From: an uncultured Euryhalocaulis sp.
GTDB taxonomy: Bacteria; Pseudomonadota; Alphaproteobacteria; Caulobacterales; Maricaulaceae
Assembly (NCBI GenBank): GCA_913055605.1
Contig: CAJXKJ010000013.1
Location: 816-64,815 of the forward strand
DNA length: 64,000 nt
Direction of reading: 5' to 3'
The notes beneath the pieces are model-generated. The model did no database searches. It saw only the letters and a list, made by a program, of their open reading frames with translations, and was not told where the DNA came from. Positions 29,046-39,669 of the stretch are shown one piece after another. Made by a program: the position numbers and the translations under genes. Every line of letters begins with the position of its first letter. Position 1 is the stretch's first letter.

Positions 29046-29084
29046 CTTAGCGCTTTGCTAAACAGCGTGGTTAGCGAAGCCCTA
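29046..29084. promoter_or_regulatory. Two TTAGCG-N5-CTAA inverted repeats (15 bp each, centres 24 bp apart) upstream of ftsB
   Basis: TTAGCGCTTTGCTAA at 29046-29060 and TTAGCGAAGCCCTAA at 29070-29084. Function unknown. Confidence 0.3.
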
Positions 29085-29117
29085 ACGCGCAGTCGCTGAG
29101 CGCCCTATCGGAAAGAC

Positions 29118-29564
29118 CTAGTTGGAGAAGAGGGCGACGCCGTATCGGCACGGCTCCACGGCGCAGTGATACATGCTGACGCCCAGCCGGTATTTGCCCT
29201 TCAGCGCGACGAACTGCAGGACCGGCGCGTCGTCCGTCGCGGCGTCCTCGGTCAGGAAATTCCCCTGCTTGTCGAACAGCGTCATGTCCAGGTCCGCGCA
29301 ATCGGTGTCGCAGACCCCGATCAGGGCGTATTCGACCCCCGGCTCGGTCTTGAAGGAGAACATGTCACTTTCGCCGGCGCCCAGGCTGTCCACGACGATC
29401 TCGCGGTCCAGCTCCCAGCCCTCGCCGTCCAGCGCCAGCCCCACGACCAGCAGCTGGGCCAGGACTTCGTCTTCCCACTGATCGGCCGACGCCGGCGCCG
29501 CGGCGGCCAAAGCTGCGCAGAGGCCGGCGCACAGGGCCCCGGCCCCGCTCATCAGAGTTTTCAT
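29118..29564 (-). CDS. Secreted four-cysteine protein, paralog 1 (possible PPC-like beta-sandwich)
   Basis: Signal peptide ending APASA|DQW. Shares blocks with the neighbour: GL.L.G.GW.LDRE, Y.(I/L)..VCD..C.DLD..L(F/Y)D, C.E.PC.Y.VA..S. Confidence 0.7.
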   Translation of the reverse strand: MKTLMSGAGALCAGLCAALAAAAPASADQWEDEVLAQLLVVGLALDGEGWELDREIVVDSLGAGESDMFSFKTEPGVEYALIGVCDTDCADLDMTLFDKQGNFLTEDAATDDAPVLQFVALKGKYRLGVSMYHCAVEPCRYGVALFSN

Positions 29565-29604
29565 GGATGCGTCCCCGTCTTCGCCCGGGAAACGTTACCA
29601 CCGA

Positions 29605-30111
29605 TCAGTAATCGGAATCACGCCGGTCCAGACGCGCGTCGGCGAAGCCGCGCGGCGTCAGCGCCGGCGCGGAATAGACCGCGACGCTGTAGCTGCAGGG
29701 CGCCTCGGCGCACTCGACCATTTTGACGGCCAGGTCGAACCGCTCCCGCTCGTCCGGCGTGATGTGGACCACGGGCAGCCCCGCCTCCGCACAGTCCTCC
29801 GCGACCAGCGAATCATCCGAGTCGTAGAGGAAGAGGTCGAGGTCCCCGCATTGCGCGTCGCACACCGCCACGATGGCGTAGTCGGTCCGGTCATCCAGCC
29901 GCAGCGGCACGAATCCCGTGTCCGCATCGTTGAGCCCGCCCAGATGAAGTTCCCGGTCCAGCGTCCAGCCATCCCCCTCCAGCGTCAGGCCGACGAACTG
30001 GAGCTGCCCCCTCGCACGCTCCTTCCAGTCGTCCGCAAGCGCCGGCGCGGCTGAGCCCGCCATTCCGATCAGTGTGATTGCCGCGATCGCCTTGTTGGTG
30101 GCGCTGTTCAT
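29605..30111 (-). CDS. Secreted four-cysteine protein, paralog 2
   Basis: ATG 30111 with GGGAGGAA SD. Signal peptide ending APALA|DDW. Colinear similarity to 29118..29564 including all four Cys. Confidence 0.7.
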   Translation of the reverse strand: MNSATNKAIAAITLIGMAGSAAPALADDWKERARGQLQFVGLTLEGDGWTLDRELHLGGLNDADTGFVPLRLDDRTDYAIVAVCDAQCGDLDLFLYDSDDSLVAEDCAEAGLPVVHITPDERERFDLAVKMVECAEAPCSYSVAVYSAPALTPRGFADARLDRRDSDY

Positions 30112-30218
30112 GGCGTTCCTCCCGATTTCGCGATCTTTGAGTCGCGTACCGGCGAACATTACACCCGCGTAATGCGCGTGGCCAGAACCTACAGCAGAAT
30201 TGTTAGGCGATTTGCGAC

Positions 30219-31712
<1,494 letters not shown>

Positions 31713-31892
31713 CTATTCCTTCGGCTTCAGAATCTGCTTGCCGCGATACATGCCGGTCTTCAGGTCGACATGGTGCGGGCGCTTCAGTTCGCCGGTGTCC
31801 TGATCCTCGACATAGGCCGGGCTGGACAGCTTGTCGTGCGCGCGGCGCATGCCCCGCTTGGACGGGGTAGTTTTTCGCTTAGGGACGGCCAT
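31713..31892 (-). CDS. rpmF: 50S ribosomal protein L32
   Basis: [20 protein letters not shown]. Confidence 0.95.
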   Translation of the reverse strand: MAVPKRKTTPSKRGMRRAHDKLSSPAYVEDQDTGELKRPHHVDLKTGMYRGKQILKPKE

Positions 31893-32028
31893 CGCCGCAT
31901 CTCCAGAATCTAGAGCCAGAGGGCTGGAATCAGTAAAGGCGGCGCGCGGCGCCGCCAAAGCTGCGCGCCACATAGCGAAAACCCCCGCAGGGCTCAAGTC
32001 CGGAGCGAATTTCTGCGCAGCGGCGGTC

Positions 32029-34191
32029 CTAGCCCGCCGGGGCCAGGTTCAGCCCGTCGAAGCGCACCGCGGCGCCCTGCTCCGTCGGCGCGATCTCGAA
32101 CCGCCCGCCCAGCGCCTCGGCCCGGACGGTGCAGTTGCGCAGCCCGTTCCCGGCGCGCCCGTCGGTGAGAACCTCCGGCGGCAGGCCGCAGCCATTGTCG
32201 ATGATCGTCACCGACAGGCGCTCGCCGTCCAGCGCGCAGGCGATGCGCGCCCGGGTCGCGCCGGAATGGCGCAGGATATTGCTGACGCTTTCGCGCACCG
32301 CGGCCATCAGATGGCGGTAGACGCGATAGTCCAGCGGACGCTCGTCGGCCAGTTCCGGCCCCGGCGGCCAGTCCAGCGCCACGCCCGCCCCCTCGCACCG
32401 CCCGATACTGTCATAGCGCAGCTCCGCCAGCAGATCGCCCAGACGGCGCGGCTTGCCGGCCAGGCCCGAAACGATGGTGCGGATGTCGGCGATGGCCTCG
32501 CGCACGTCCATATGGACCCGCTCATGGTCGCGCCGGTGCAGGCTGGCGGCCAGACGGCCGGATACGTCGTCGTGCAGGTCGCGGGCGATGCGCTGGCGCT
32601 CCTCGGCGACGCCCTGGACATAGGCGTCGCGCGCCGCGCCCAGCCGCTCCACGATCGCCACCAGCGCGCGCGCCGCCTCCACGTCTCCCGGCCCAAAGGC
32701 GCGGCGGCCGGCGTCGGCGTGGCGGCAGATCAGGCCGGGCGCGCCCTCCACCGCCGGCAGGCGCAGGGTCGCGCCCCCTTCCCCCAGTTTCGGCGCGGCT
32801 GCCGGCGCAGGATCAGGCGCGATCTCCAGCGGCTGGAACGTGGCCGCGACCGCGTCGGACCAGCGGCGGCCGCGATCCTCCCCGCCCGTGGCGAAGACCA
32901 GATCCGTCGCTTTCTGCAACGCGGTCTGGTTCTGCTCCATTCGCCGGCGCTGGGCGCGGCGGGCCAGCCCCTCCCGCACCGGCAGATAGACCAGCGCCAC
33001 CGCGGCGAAGGACAGGCCCAGCGCCACGCTCTGCTGCTGCACCAGCCAGCCCAGCAGGGCCAGATCGATGACCAGCGCCGCGGCGATGACGGCGACCGAG
33101 ACCATGACGTTGCGCACCCAGCCGTCGAGCGCGAACAGGCCGGTGCGCACGACCGCCAGCCCGATCCCGCCATAGATCAGGATGAACAGCGGAAAGGCGA
33201 TGACCTCCTGCAACGGCGCGTACTCGCCGCGGATCGTCGGCAGGACCGTGGTCAGCGCGTACAGCGCGATCCCGGTGACGATGACGGTGACCAGAACCGT
33301 CACCGCCTGACGCGCCGCGGGGTCCTTCCGGCCCACCCAGAACTGCACCAGCACCAGGATCAGCAGCGCCAGATAGGCCGCGCCCTGCAGCGCCCCGGCC
33401 GGCGCGGTTCCGAAGACCGGGACCATCGCGGCGGTGACGACCGCCGCCGCCCCGGCCGCCCACATGGCCGGGACCATGATGCGGGACGGTACCAGCCGTT
33501 TCGGGAACCGCGCGAACAGCACCACGAACAGCAGCGCAAACGGATTCAGGATCACGACGTTGACGGTCAGGATGACGACCGCCGCCCAGACGGGCGTCGC
33601 GAGGCTCCACAGCTCGAACAGCGCATCCGTGCAGGAGGAGGCGAGCAGCAGCACGCCGGTCCAGAAATACAGGATCGCCGCCTCGTCCCGCGGCCGCACG
33701 GCCCAGACGCCGACGGCGAACAGAAAGCCGACCAGGCCGAAGATCAGGACCAGCCAGTAGGTCGCGTTCAGGTCGGTCAGATGCGCCGGCCGGGCCGTGA
33801 TGGCGATATCCCGCCGGACGCCCTCAATATCGATCAGCACGCCCCGGACCGTTCCGTCGCCGAGCGCCGCCGCCAGCCGCCCGCGCTCGGCGGAGATCGC
33901 AGCGTCCACCGAGGCCAGCTCCCCGGCGGTGAGGCTCAGCGTCCCGCCGCCGTCCGGACGGAACGCGACATTCGTCTCCGCATCGGCCTCGAACGCCCGC
34001 CCGCCGGCGACGACGAAGATGCGGCCCGGCTCCGCCGCCGGCGCAAAGGAGGCGTCCGTGACCGGCATGGCCAGCGACAGCCAGACGAACGCCACGCAGG
34101 CGGCCAGCGCCGCCGCGGTGCAATAGCGCGCAATATTGTATGGCCCCAGATACCGCCGCACCCGGCCGTCCGCCGCCCCGATGGCCGCCAT
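32029..34191 (-). CDS. Multi-TM sensor histidine kinase, HisKA_3/NarL-partner type, no adjacent response regulator
   Basis: One TM, an extracytoplasmic segment of about 110 aa, then about 8 TM helices. H-box [14 protein letters not shown], HATPase boxes [23 protein letters not shown]. Confidence 0.85.
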   Translation of the reverse strand: MAAIGAADGRVRRYLGPYNIARYCTAAALAACVAFVWLSLAMPVTDASFAPAAEPGRIFVVAGGRAFEADAETNVAFRPDGGGTLSLTAGELASVDAAISAERGRLAAALGDGTVRGVLIDIEGVRRDIAITARPAHLTDLNATYWLVLIFGLVGFLFAVGVWAVRPRDEAAILYFWTGVLLLASSCTDALFELWSLATPVWAAVVILTVNVVILNPFALLFVVLFARFPKRLVPSRIMVPAMWAAGAAAVVTAAMVPVFGTAPAGALQGAAYLALLILVLVQFWVGRKDPAARQAVTVLVTVIVTGIALYALTTVLPTIRGEYAPLQEVIAFPLFILIYGGIGLAVVRTGLFALDGWVRNVMVSVAVIAAALVIDLALLGWLVQQQSVALGLSFAAVALVYLPVREGLARRAQRRRMEQNQTALQKATDLVFATGGEDRGRRWSDAVAATFQPLEIAPDPAPAAAPKLGEGGATLRLPAVEGAPGLICRHADAGRRAFGPGDVEAARALVAIVERLGAARDAYVQGVAEERQRIARDLHDDVSGRLAASLHRRDHERVHMDVREAIADIRTIVSGLAGKPRRLGDLLAELRYDSIGRCEGAGVALDWPPGPELADERPLDYRVYRHLMAAVRESVSNILRHSGATRARIACALDGERLSVTIIDNGCGLPPEVLTDGRAGNGLRNCTVRAEALGGRFEIAPTEQGAAVRFDGLNLAPAG

Positions 34192-34227
34192 GTCCCCCGC
34201 CCCGCAGAACCCCGTCCCTGAGCGAAG

Positions 34228-35586
34228 CTAGACGAATTCCGCCGTGCGCTCGATATCCAGATCGTATCGGGCGACCGCCGGGTCGATGAAGAAATCGCCT
34301 TCGGTCAACGGCCGGGCGAGCGACAGCCCGTCCAGCGTGCGCGCCCGCGACAGGGCGACATAGGCCTGGCCCGGCGCGAAGGCGGCGCGGCCCATGTCCA
34401 CGCGCACGTCGTCGAAGCTCAGCCCCTGCGCCTTGTGGATCGTGACGGCCCAGGCGAGCTGGAGCGGGATCTGGCTGTATTTGCCGGTGACCGAGGAGAC
34501 GATCTTTTCCGCCCCCTCCTCCCAGTCATAGCGCACCTTTTCCCAGTCGGATTTGCCGACCTCGACCGGCCCGTCGGCATGGTCGAACAGCACCATCACC
34601 GATTTGTCGCCGAGCGAGGAGACCACGCCCAGCGAACCGTTCACCCAGCGGCCGTTGGCGTCGTTCTTCAGCGCCATGACGCGTGCGCCGGGTTTCAGCA
34701 CCAGTCCCGGCGGGGCCGGCGGCTTTTCGCGCGACAGATCGTAATTGCCTTCCGAGGCGCCTTCATAGCCGCGCACCTCGCCGGGCAGCGCCTCCAGCCG
34801 GCGCTGATTGTACTGGTCCGCGCGGGCGTTGATCGTGGTGAGGATGACCGGGGTGACCCCCTCCCGGTGCGGGCCGTAGCAATGCTCGTTCAGCTCCGCG
34901 ACGCAGCGCGAGTCCGCCGGGTCCGTCCGCACGCCGCCCAGCAAGTCGATAAAGGCTTCTTCGGTCTGGCGGTGGATCGTCTCCAGCCGCAGATGCGCCG
35001 GCTCCACATTGCGCATCACATGAGCGCCGAAGGCGAAGCCGTTCTCGTATCCCATCGCGGCCAGAACCTCGCTCTCGGTCTGCGGGATGACGGGCGGCAG
35101 CTGGAAATAATCGCCGACAAAGACCAGCTGCACGCCGCCGAACGGGCGCGGGTCGCGCTTGGCGTTGCGCAGGCGGATATCCATCGCGTCCAGCACGTCA
35201 CAGCGGACCATGGAGATTTCGTCCACGATGATGCGCTGGACCTCGCGCAGGACGCGCTTGACCCAGCGGCCCTCCAGCGCCTCCTCGTTCAGGATGCGCG
35301 GGGGAAAGCCGAAAAAGGAATGGATGGTCTGGCCGCCGGCGTTGATGGCCGCGATCCCGGTCGGCGCCAGCAGAACGGTTGGCGTGTCCGGGTCCGCCTG
35401 TATCAGATAGCGGATCAGCGTCGTCTTGCCGGTGCCGGCGCGGCCCGAAATGTTCAGGACCGCCTCGTCGCTTTTCAGCAACTCCAGCGCCCGGCGCGCG
35501 GCCGGGGAGTGCGCGAAGCCCTCGGGCAACGGCGCGTGTGCGACCGTCGATGCGCGTGCGGGGGTCTGGCCTTGTGGCCGCGCCAT
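34228..35586 (-). CDS. Pif1/RecD-family (SF1B-like) DNA helicase
   Basis: Walker A GRAGTGKTT, Walker B DEISMV, VFVGDYFQLPPV, C-terminal WAVTIHKAQGLSFD. ATG lies 4 nt after the pyrG stop. Confidence 0.82.
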   Translation of the reverse strand: MARPQGQTPARASTVAHAPLPEGFAHSPAARRALELLKSDEAVLNISGRAGTGKTTLIRYLIQADPDTPTVLLAPTGIAAINAGGQTIHSFFGFPPRILNEEALEGRWVKRVLREVQRIIVDEISMVRCDVLDAMDIRLRNAKRDPRPFGGVQLVFVGDYFQLPPVIPQTESEVLAAMGYENGFAFGAHVMRNVEPAHLRLETIHRQTEEAFIDLLGGVRTDPADSRCVAELNEHCYGPHREGVTPVILTTINARADQYNQRRLEALPGEVRGYEGASEGNYDLSREKPPAPPGLVLKPGARVMALKNDANGRWVNGSLGVVSSLGDKSVMVLFDHADGPVEVGKSDWEKVRYDWEEGAEKIVSSVTGKYSQIPLQLAWAVTIHKAQGLSFDDVRVDMGRAAFAPGQAYVALSRARTLDGLSLARPLTEGDFFIDPAVARYDLDIERTAEFV

Positions 35587-35590
35587 CGGC

Positions 35591-37222
35591 CTAGACCAGC
35601 CGGCTCTGCTCGACGGCTGCCTCGATAAAGCTGGCGAACAGCGGGTGCGGCTCGAAGGGGCGCGACTTCAGCTCCGGGTGGAACTGCACGCCGATGAACC
35701 AGGGATGGTCGGCGTATTCCACGATCTCCGGCAGCAGCCCGTCCGGCGACATGCCCGAGAAGATCAGCCCTGCATTCTCCAGCCGGTCGCGATAATGGAC
35801 GTTCACCTCATAGCGGTGGCGGTGGCGTTCGCTGATATCCGACTGTCCATAGATTTCGGCGATCTTGGAGCCCTGGCGCAGCCGCGCCGGATAGGCGCCA
35901 AGGCGCATCGTGCCGCCCAGGTCTCCGCCCTCTTCCCGGCGCTGCAGCTCGCCCTGATACATCCATTCGGTCATCAGGCCGACGACCGCCTCGCCGTCGT
36001 CGCTGAATTCGGTGGAGGTTGCGTCCGGCACCCCGGCCAGGTTCCGCGCCGCCTCGATCACCGCCATCTGCATGCCGAAACAGATGCCGAAATACGGCAC
36101 GCGCCGCTCGCGCGCGAAACGCGCCGCGCGGATCTTGCCTTCGGCGCCGCGCTCCCCGAACCCGCCGGGCACCAGCACGCCGTGCACGTTCTCCAGCGGC
36201 TCCACGTCGCCGTCGCCGGACTCGAAGCGCTGGCTCTCGATCCACTCGATGCGGACCTTCACATTATTGGCGATGCCGCCATGGACCAGCGCCTCGGTCA
36301 GCGATTTATAGGCGTCCAGAAGCTCGGTGTACTTGCCGACCACGCCGATCGTGACCTCGCCGTCCGGCGCGCGAATGCGGTCGGCGATTTCGGTCCAGCC
36401 GGACAGGTCCGGCGCCGGGGCGTCGTCCATCCGGAAATGGGCCAGCACTTCGCGGTCCAGCCCTTCGGCGTGATAGTCCAGCGGCACCTGATAGATGCTG
36501 GGCGCGTCCAGCGCCTGGATCACCGCTTCGGGCCGGACATTGCAGAACAGGCCCAGCTTGCGCCGGTCGTCGGCGCTGATCGGGAATTCGCAGCGGCACA
36601 GCAGGATGTCCGGCTGGATGCCGATGGAGCGCAGCTCCTTGACGCTGTGCTGGGTCGGCTTGGTCTTCATCTCGCCGGCCGCCTTGATGAAGGGCAGCAG
36701 CGTGACGTGCATGAACAGGACGCTGTCGCGCCCCAGTTCCTGCCCCACCTGACGGATCGCCTCGAAGAAGGGCAGACCCTCGATGTCTCCGACCGTGCCG
36801 CCGATCTCGCACAGCACGAAATCGGCGTCGTCCGCCGGCGCCAGGATGAAGCGCTTCAGCGCGTCCGTGACGTGCGGGATGACCTGGACCGTGGCGCCCA
36901 GATAGCCGCCGCGGCGCTCGGTCTCGATGATCTGCTGATAGATGCGCCCGGTCGTGATGTTGTCCGACTGGCGCGCCGACACCCCGGTGAACCGCTCATA
37001 ATGGCCGAGGTCCAGATCGGTCTCCGCCCCGTCATCGGTGACGAAAACCTCGCCGTGCTGGTACGGCGACATCGTGCCGGGGTCGACGTTCAGATACGGA
37101 TCGAGCTTGCGGAGGCGGACCTTGTAGCCGCGGGCCTGCAGCAGCGCGCCGAGAGCGGCGGATGCGAGACCTTTGCCAAGGGAGGAGACCACGCCGCCCG
37201 TAATAAAAATATAGCGCGCCAT
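35591..37222 (-). CDS. pyrG: CTP synthase
   Basis: [29 protein letters not shown]. Confidence 0.97.
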   Translation of the reverse strand: MARYIFITGGVVSSLGKGLASAALGALLQARGYKVRLRKLDPYLNVDPGTMSPYQHGEVFVTDDGAETDLDLGHYERFTGVSARQSDNITTGRIYQQIIETERRGGYLGATVQVIPHVTDALKRFILAPADDADFVLCEIGGTVGDIEGLPFFEAIRQVGQELGRDSVLFMHVTLLPFIKAAGEMKTKPTQHSVKELRSIGIQPDILLCRCEFPISADDRRKLGLFCNVRPEAVIQALDAPSIYQVPLDYHAEGLDREVLAHFRMDDAPAPDLSGWTEIADRIRAPDGEVTIGVVGKYTELLDAYKSLTEALVHGGIANNVKVRIEWIESQRFESGDGDVEPLENVHGVLVPGGFGERGAEGKIRAARFARERRVPYFGICFGMQMAVIEAARNLAGVPDATSTEFSDDGEAVVGLMTEWMYQGELQRREEGGDLGGTMRLGAYPARLRQGSKIAEIYGQSDISERHRHRYEVNVHYRDRLENAGLIFSGMSPDGLLPEIVEYADHPWFIGVQFHPELKSRPFEPHPLFASFIEAAVEQSRLV

Positions 37223-37312
37223 GGAGCGCCACCTTAGCGCAGATTCGTTTCGGGCTGGAACACGCCAATGCGCCCTGCATGTGCAAAAGGGCGCCGGCGG
37301 TGCGGGAGCGGC

Positions 37313-37675
37313 CTATTCGGCGTCCGGAATGACCGGCTGGGGCGCCGCGGGCTCGTCGCTGTCCACCGGCTCCGGCGCGGGGCCGAGGTCCGGCACGGAA
37401 ATATCCGTCGGCGAATTCACCCGGTCCAGAACGCTGGAGCCCGCGTCGTTCCGCGCCACCGTCACCGTCAGCAGGATCGAGGTGACGAAGAAGGCCGCGG
37501 CCAGGCCGGCCGTGGTGCGCGTCAGCAGGTTCGCCGCGCCGCGGCCCGACATCAGGCCGCCCGGCCCGCCGCCGCCGCCAACGCCCAGCGCGCCGCCTTC
37601 GGAGCGCTGGAGCAGGATCAGGCCGATCAGGGCGGCGCAGAGAATGAAATGGATGATGAGGATGACCAGATGCAT
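37313..37675 (-). CDS. secG: Preprotein translocase subunit SecG
   Basis: ILLQRSEGGALG motif, two TM helices, Gly-rich loop. Confidence 0.9.
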   Translation of the reverse strand: MHLVILIIHFILCAALIGLILLQRSEGGALGVGGGGGPGGLMSGRGAANLLTRTTAGLAAAFFVTSILLTVTVARNDAGSSVLDRVNSPTDISVPDLGPAPEPVDSDEPAAPQPVIPDAE

Positions 37676-37786
37676 GTCGGTTCGTTCGCTTGAACGGCGT
37701 CCGTCCCCCGGGTGCGGGGGCCCTGCCTTTGAATCTGGGGGCCTTTTAGCGGCGCCGGGCGCGTCGCGCCAGCCCGGCGGCTGGGC

Positions 37787-38698
37787 TTACGCAGCCTGCT
37801 CCTCGTCGCGGTCCCGCACGTTTCCGAGCAGGCCCTCGATTTCGGAGACATAGGCGTCCTCGCCCGCGTCGTGCTCGCCGCAGATCACGCAGACGCCGAG
37901 CGCCAGCTCCTTGGCCAGCTTGAACGATTTCTGCAGGTCGTCGCTGGACGACAGGCCGCGCACCATCGCCCCGGCCAGCTTGGCGGCCTCCGGATCGACC
38001 TGGTCCACCGCCACGTAAAGCTCGCGCGCCAGCATGTAGACGCTGCTGGAGGGGCGCTTGCCCTCCTTGGCCAGCTGGATCTCCACGCCGATCTTGACCG
38101 CGATGCGGACCGCGCGCTCGCGGCGCACGATGTCCTTGTAGGATTCGATTTCCGCCTGGCGGGCCTCCATCGCGCCGCGGTCGCCCTTCACGGCGCTCTG
38201 CAGCGTGTTGGGCGCATCGAACATGCGCACCCGCGGCCCGGCCTCGTCGCGCACCGCGCCACGCCGGTCGGGGCCCATATAGTCGCTGGTCACGACGAAT
38301 TGTTTGCGGTTGTCGATCGCGCTGCGAATGCGCGTGTCGATGAAATTGGTGGAGAACGGCCGGATGATCAGATCGTCGGCGCCGGAGCGCAGCGCGGCGC
38401 CCACCGCTTCCTGGTCGCTTCGCCAGGACGTGATGAACACGACAGAGAACGGATTTTCGGACAGCTTGCCCTGGCGCAGCTGGCGGACAAGGTCATAGAC
38501 TTCCTCGTTCTCGCCGGCTTCGGCCACCAGCAAATCCATCGGCCCGCTGGCCAGACGCTTCCGCACTTCGCCCAGCTCGTTATAGCCCTCGATCTCCCGA
38601 AAGCCGGCCTCGTACAGGCCATAGCGAGTCGCGCGCAGGTTTTGCGTCACCGGATCATAGATCACGGTTCGGGCGAGATTATCCGGCCCCGCTTTCAT
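37787..38698 (-). CDS. Atypical receiver-domain protein with unknown helical C-terminal domain
   Basis: CheY-like fold by manual alignment, but DD becomes YD, the phospho-Asp position reads LLVAEAG (Glu), T/S is retained (FITSW), and KPF becomes RPF. The C-terminal ~170 aa are unassigned. Confidence 0.6.
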   Translation of the reverse strand: MKAGPDNLARTVIYDPVTQNLRATRYGLYEAGFREIEGYNELGEVRKRLASGPMDLLVAEAGENEEVYDLVRQLRQGKLSENPFSVVFITSWRSDQEAVGAALRSGADDLIIRPFSTNFIDTRIRSAIDNRKQFVVTSDYMGPDRRGAVRDEAGPRVRMFDAPNTLQSAVKGDRGAMEARQAEIESYKDIVRRERAVRIAVKIGVEIQLAKEGKRPSSSVYMLARELYVAVDQVDPEAAKLAGAMVRGLSSSDDLQKSFKLAKELALGVCVICGEHDAGEDAYVSEIEGLLGNVRDRDEEQAA

Positions 38699-38785
38699 CA
38701 CTCGGTCGGCCCTTACTGGTTAGCGACGGCCGATTGTTGCCCGGAAATGATAAGGAAGGGCTTAGAAAACGCGGTGGATTTTTCG

Positions 38786-39520
38786 TTAAGCCGAGGCGAT
38801 TTTCGTGAAGTCCGCGGCCTTCAGACTGGCCCCTCCGACCAGCACCCCGCCGACCCCCTCAAGGGCCAGGATTTCCGCGGCGTTGTCGGGTTTCACCGAC
38901 CCGCCATACAGGATGAGGCCGTTCTCCCATTGCGGGCCCAGCGTTCGGATCAGCCGGTCGCGGATATGGGCGTGCATTTCCTCGATTTCCGCCGGCCCCG
39001 CCGTCAGGCCCGTGCCGATGGCCCAGACGGGCTCATAGGCGATGGCCAGCGTCTCCGGCGTCGCGTGGCGCGGGCAGGATCCGTCGATCTGCGACTCGAC
39101 GACATGAAGATGCTGTCCCTTGCGGCGGAATTCCTCGGTCTCCCCGACGCAGAGAATCGTTTTCAGCCCGGCGCTCAGCCCCGCCTGCGCCTTGTCGCAG
39201 ACAGAGGCGTCCGCCTCGCCATGGTCCGCGCGGCGCTCGGAATGACCGACGATCACGTAAGACGCGCCGGCGTCGACCAGCATCTGGGCGCTGATGTCGC
39301 CGGTATGCGCGCCGGATTCGGCGCCGTGGCAATCCTGGCCGCCGACCGAAACATTGGTCCCCTCCAGGGCGCGCGCCATGTCCGCAATCAGCGTGGCGGG
39401 CGGGCAAATGACCACGTCACGGTCCAGATTCGCCACCGCCTCCGCGGTCGCGCGGGCTTCGGCCAGAGCGGCCTGAAGCCCGTTCATTTTCCAGTTTCCG
39501 ACAATTAGTGGGGATTTCAT
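38786..39520 (-). CDS. tpiA: Triose-phosphate isomerase
   Basis: VGNWKMNG, VGHSERR, AYEPVWAIGTG. ATG 39520 preferred over the TTG at 39538. Confidence 0.95.
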   Translation of the reverse strand: MKSPLIVGNWKMNGLQAALAEARATAEAVANLDRDVVICPPATLIADMARALEGTNVSVGGQDCHGAESGAHTGDISAQMLVDAGASYVIVGHSERRADHGEADASVCDKAQAGLSAGLKTILCVGETEEFRRKGQHLHVVESQIDGSCPRHATPETLAIAYEPVWAIGTGLTAGPAEIEEMHAHIRDRLIRTLGPQWENGLILYGGSVKPDNAAEILALEGVGGVLVGGASLKAADFTKIASA

Positions 39521-39669
39521 CGTACTTCGGTCACCCAAAAACGGACGCTCTGTATACTTGTCTTTCGCTGCACTGCAACTGAAAGCATTCGCCGGCGCCC
39601 TCGTGCTTGTTCCTCGGCGGGCTCGCCCCTAATGTCCGCCGCACATCCGCACAACCCCGAAGTCATTCC

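Noticed and set aside
31831-34221. 796-aa plus-strand ORF antisense to the histidine kinase gene
   Set aside because: Mirror-frame artefact. The Arg/Gly/Asp/Gln-rich translation contrasts with clear TM, H-box and ATPase motifs on the minus strand.
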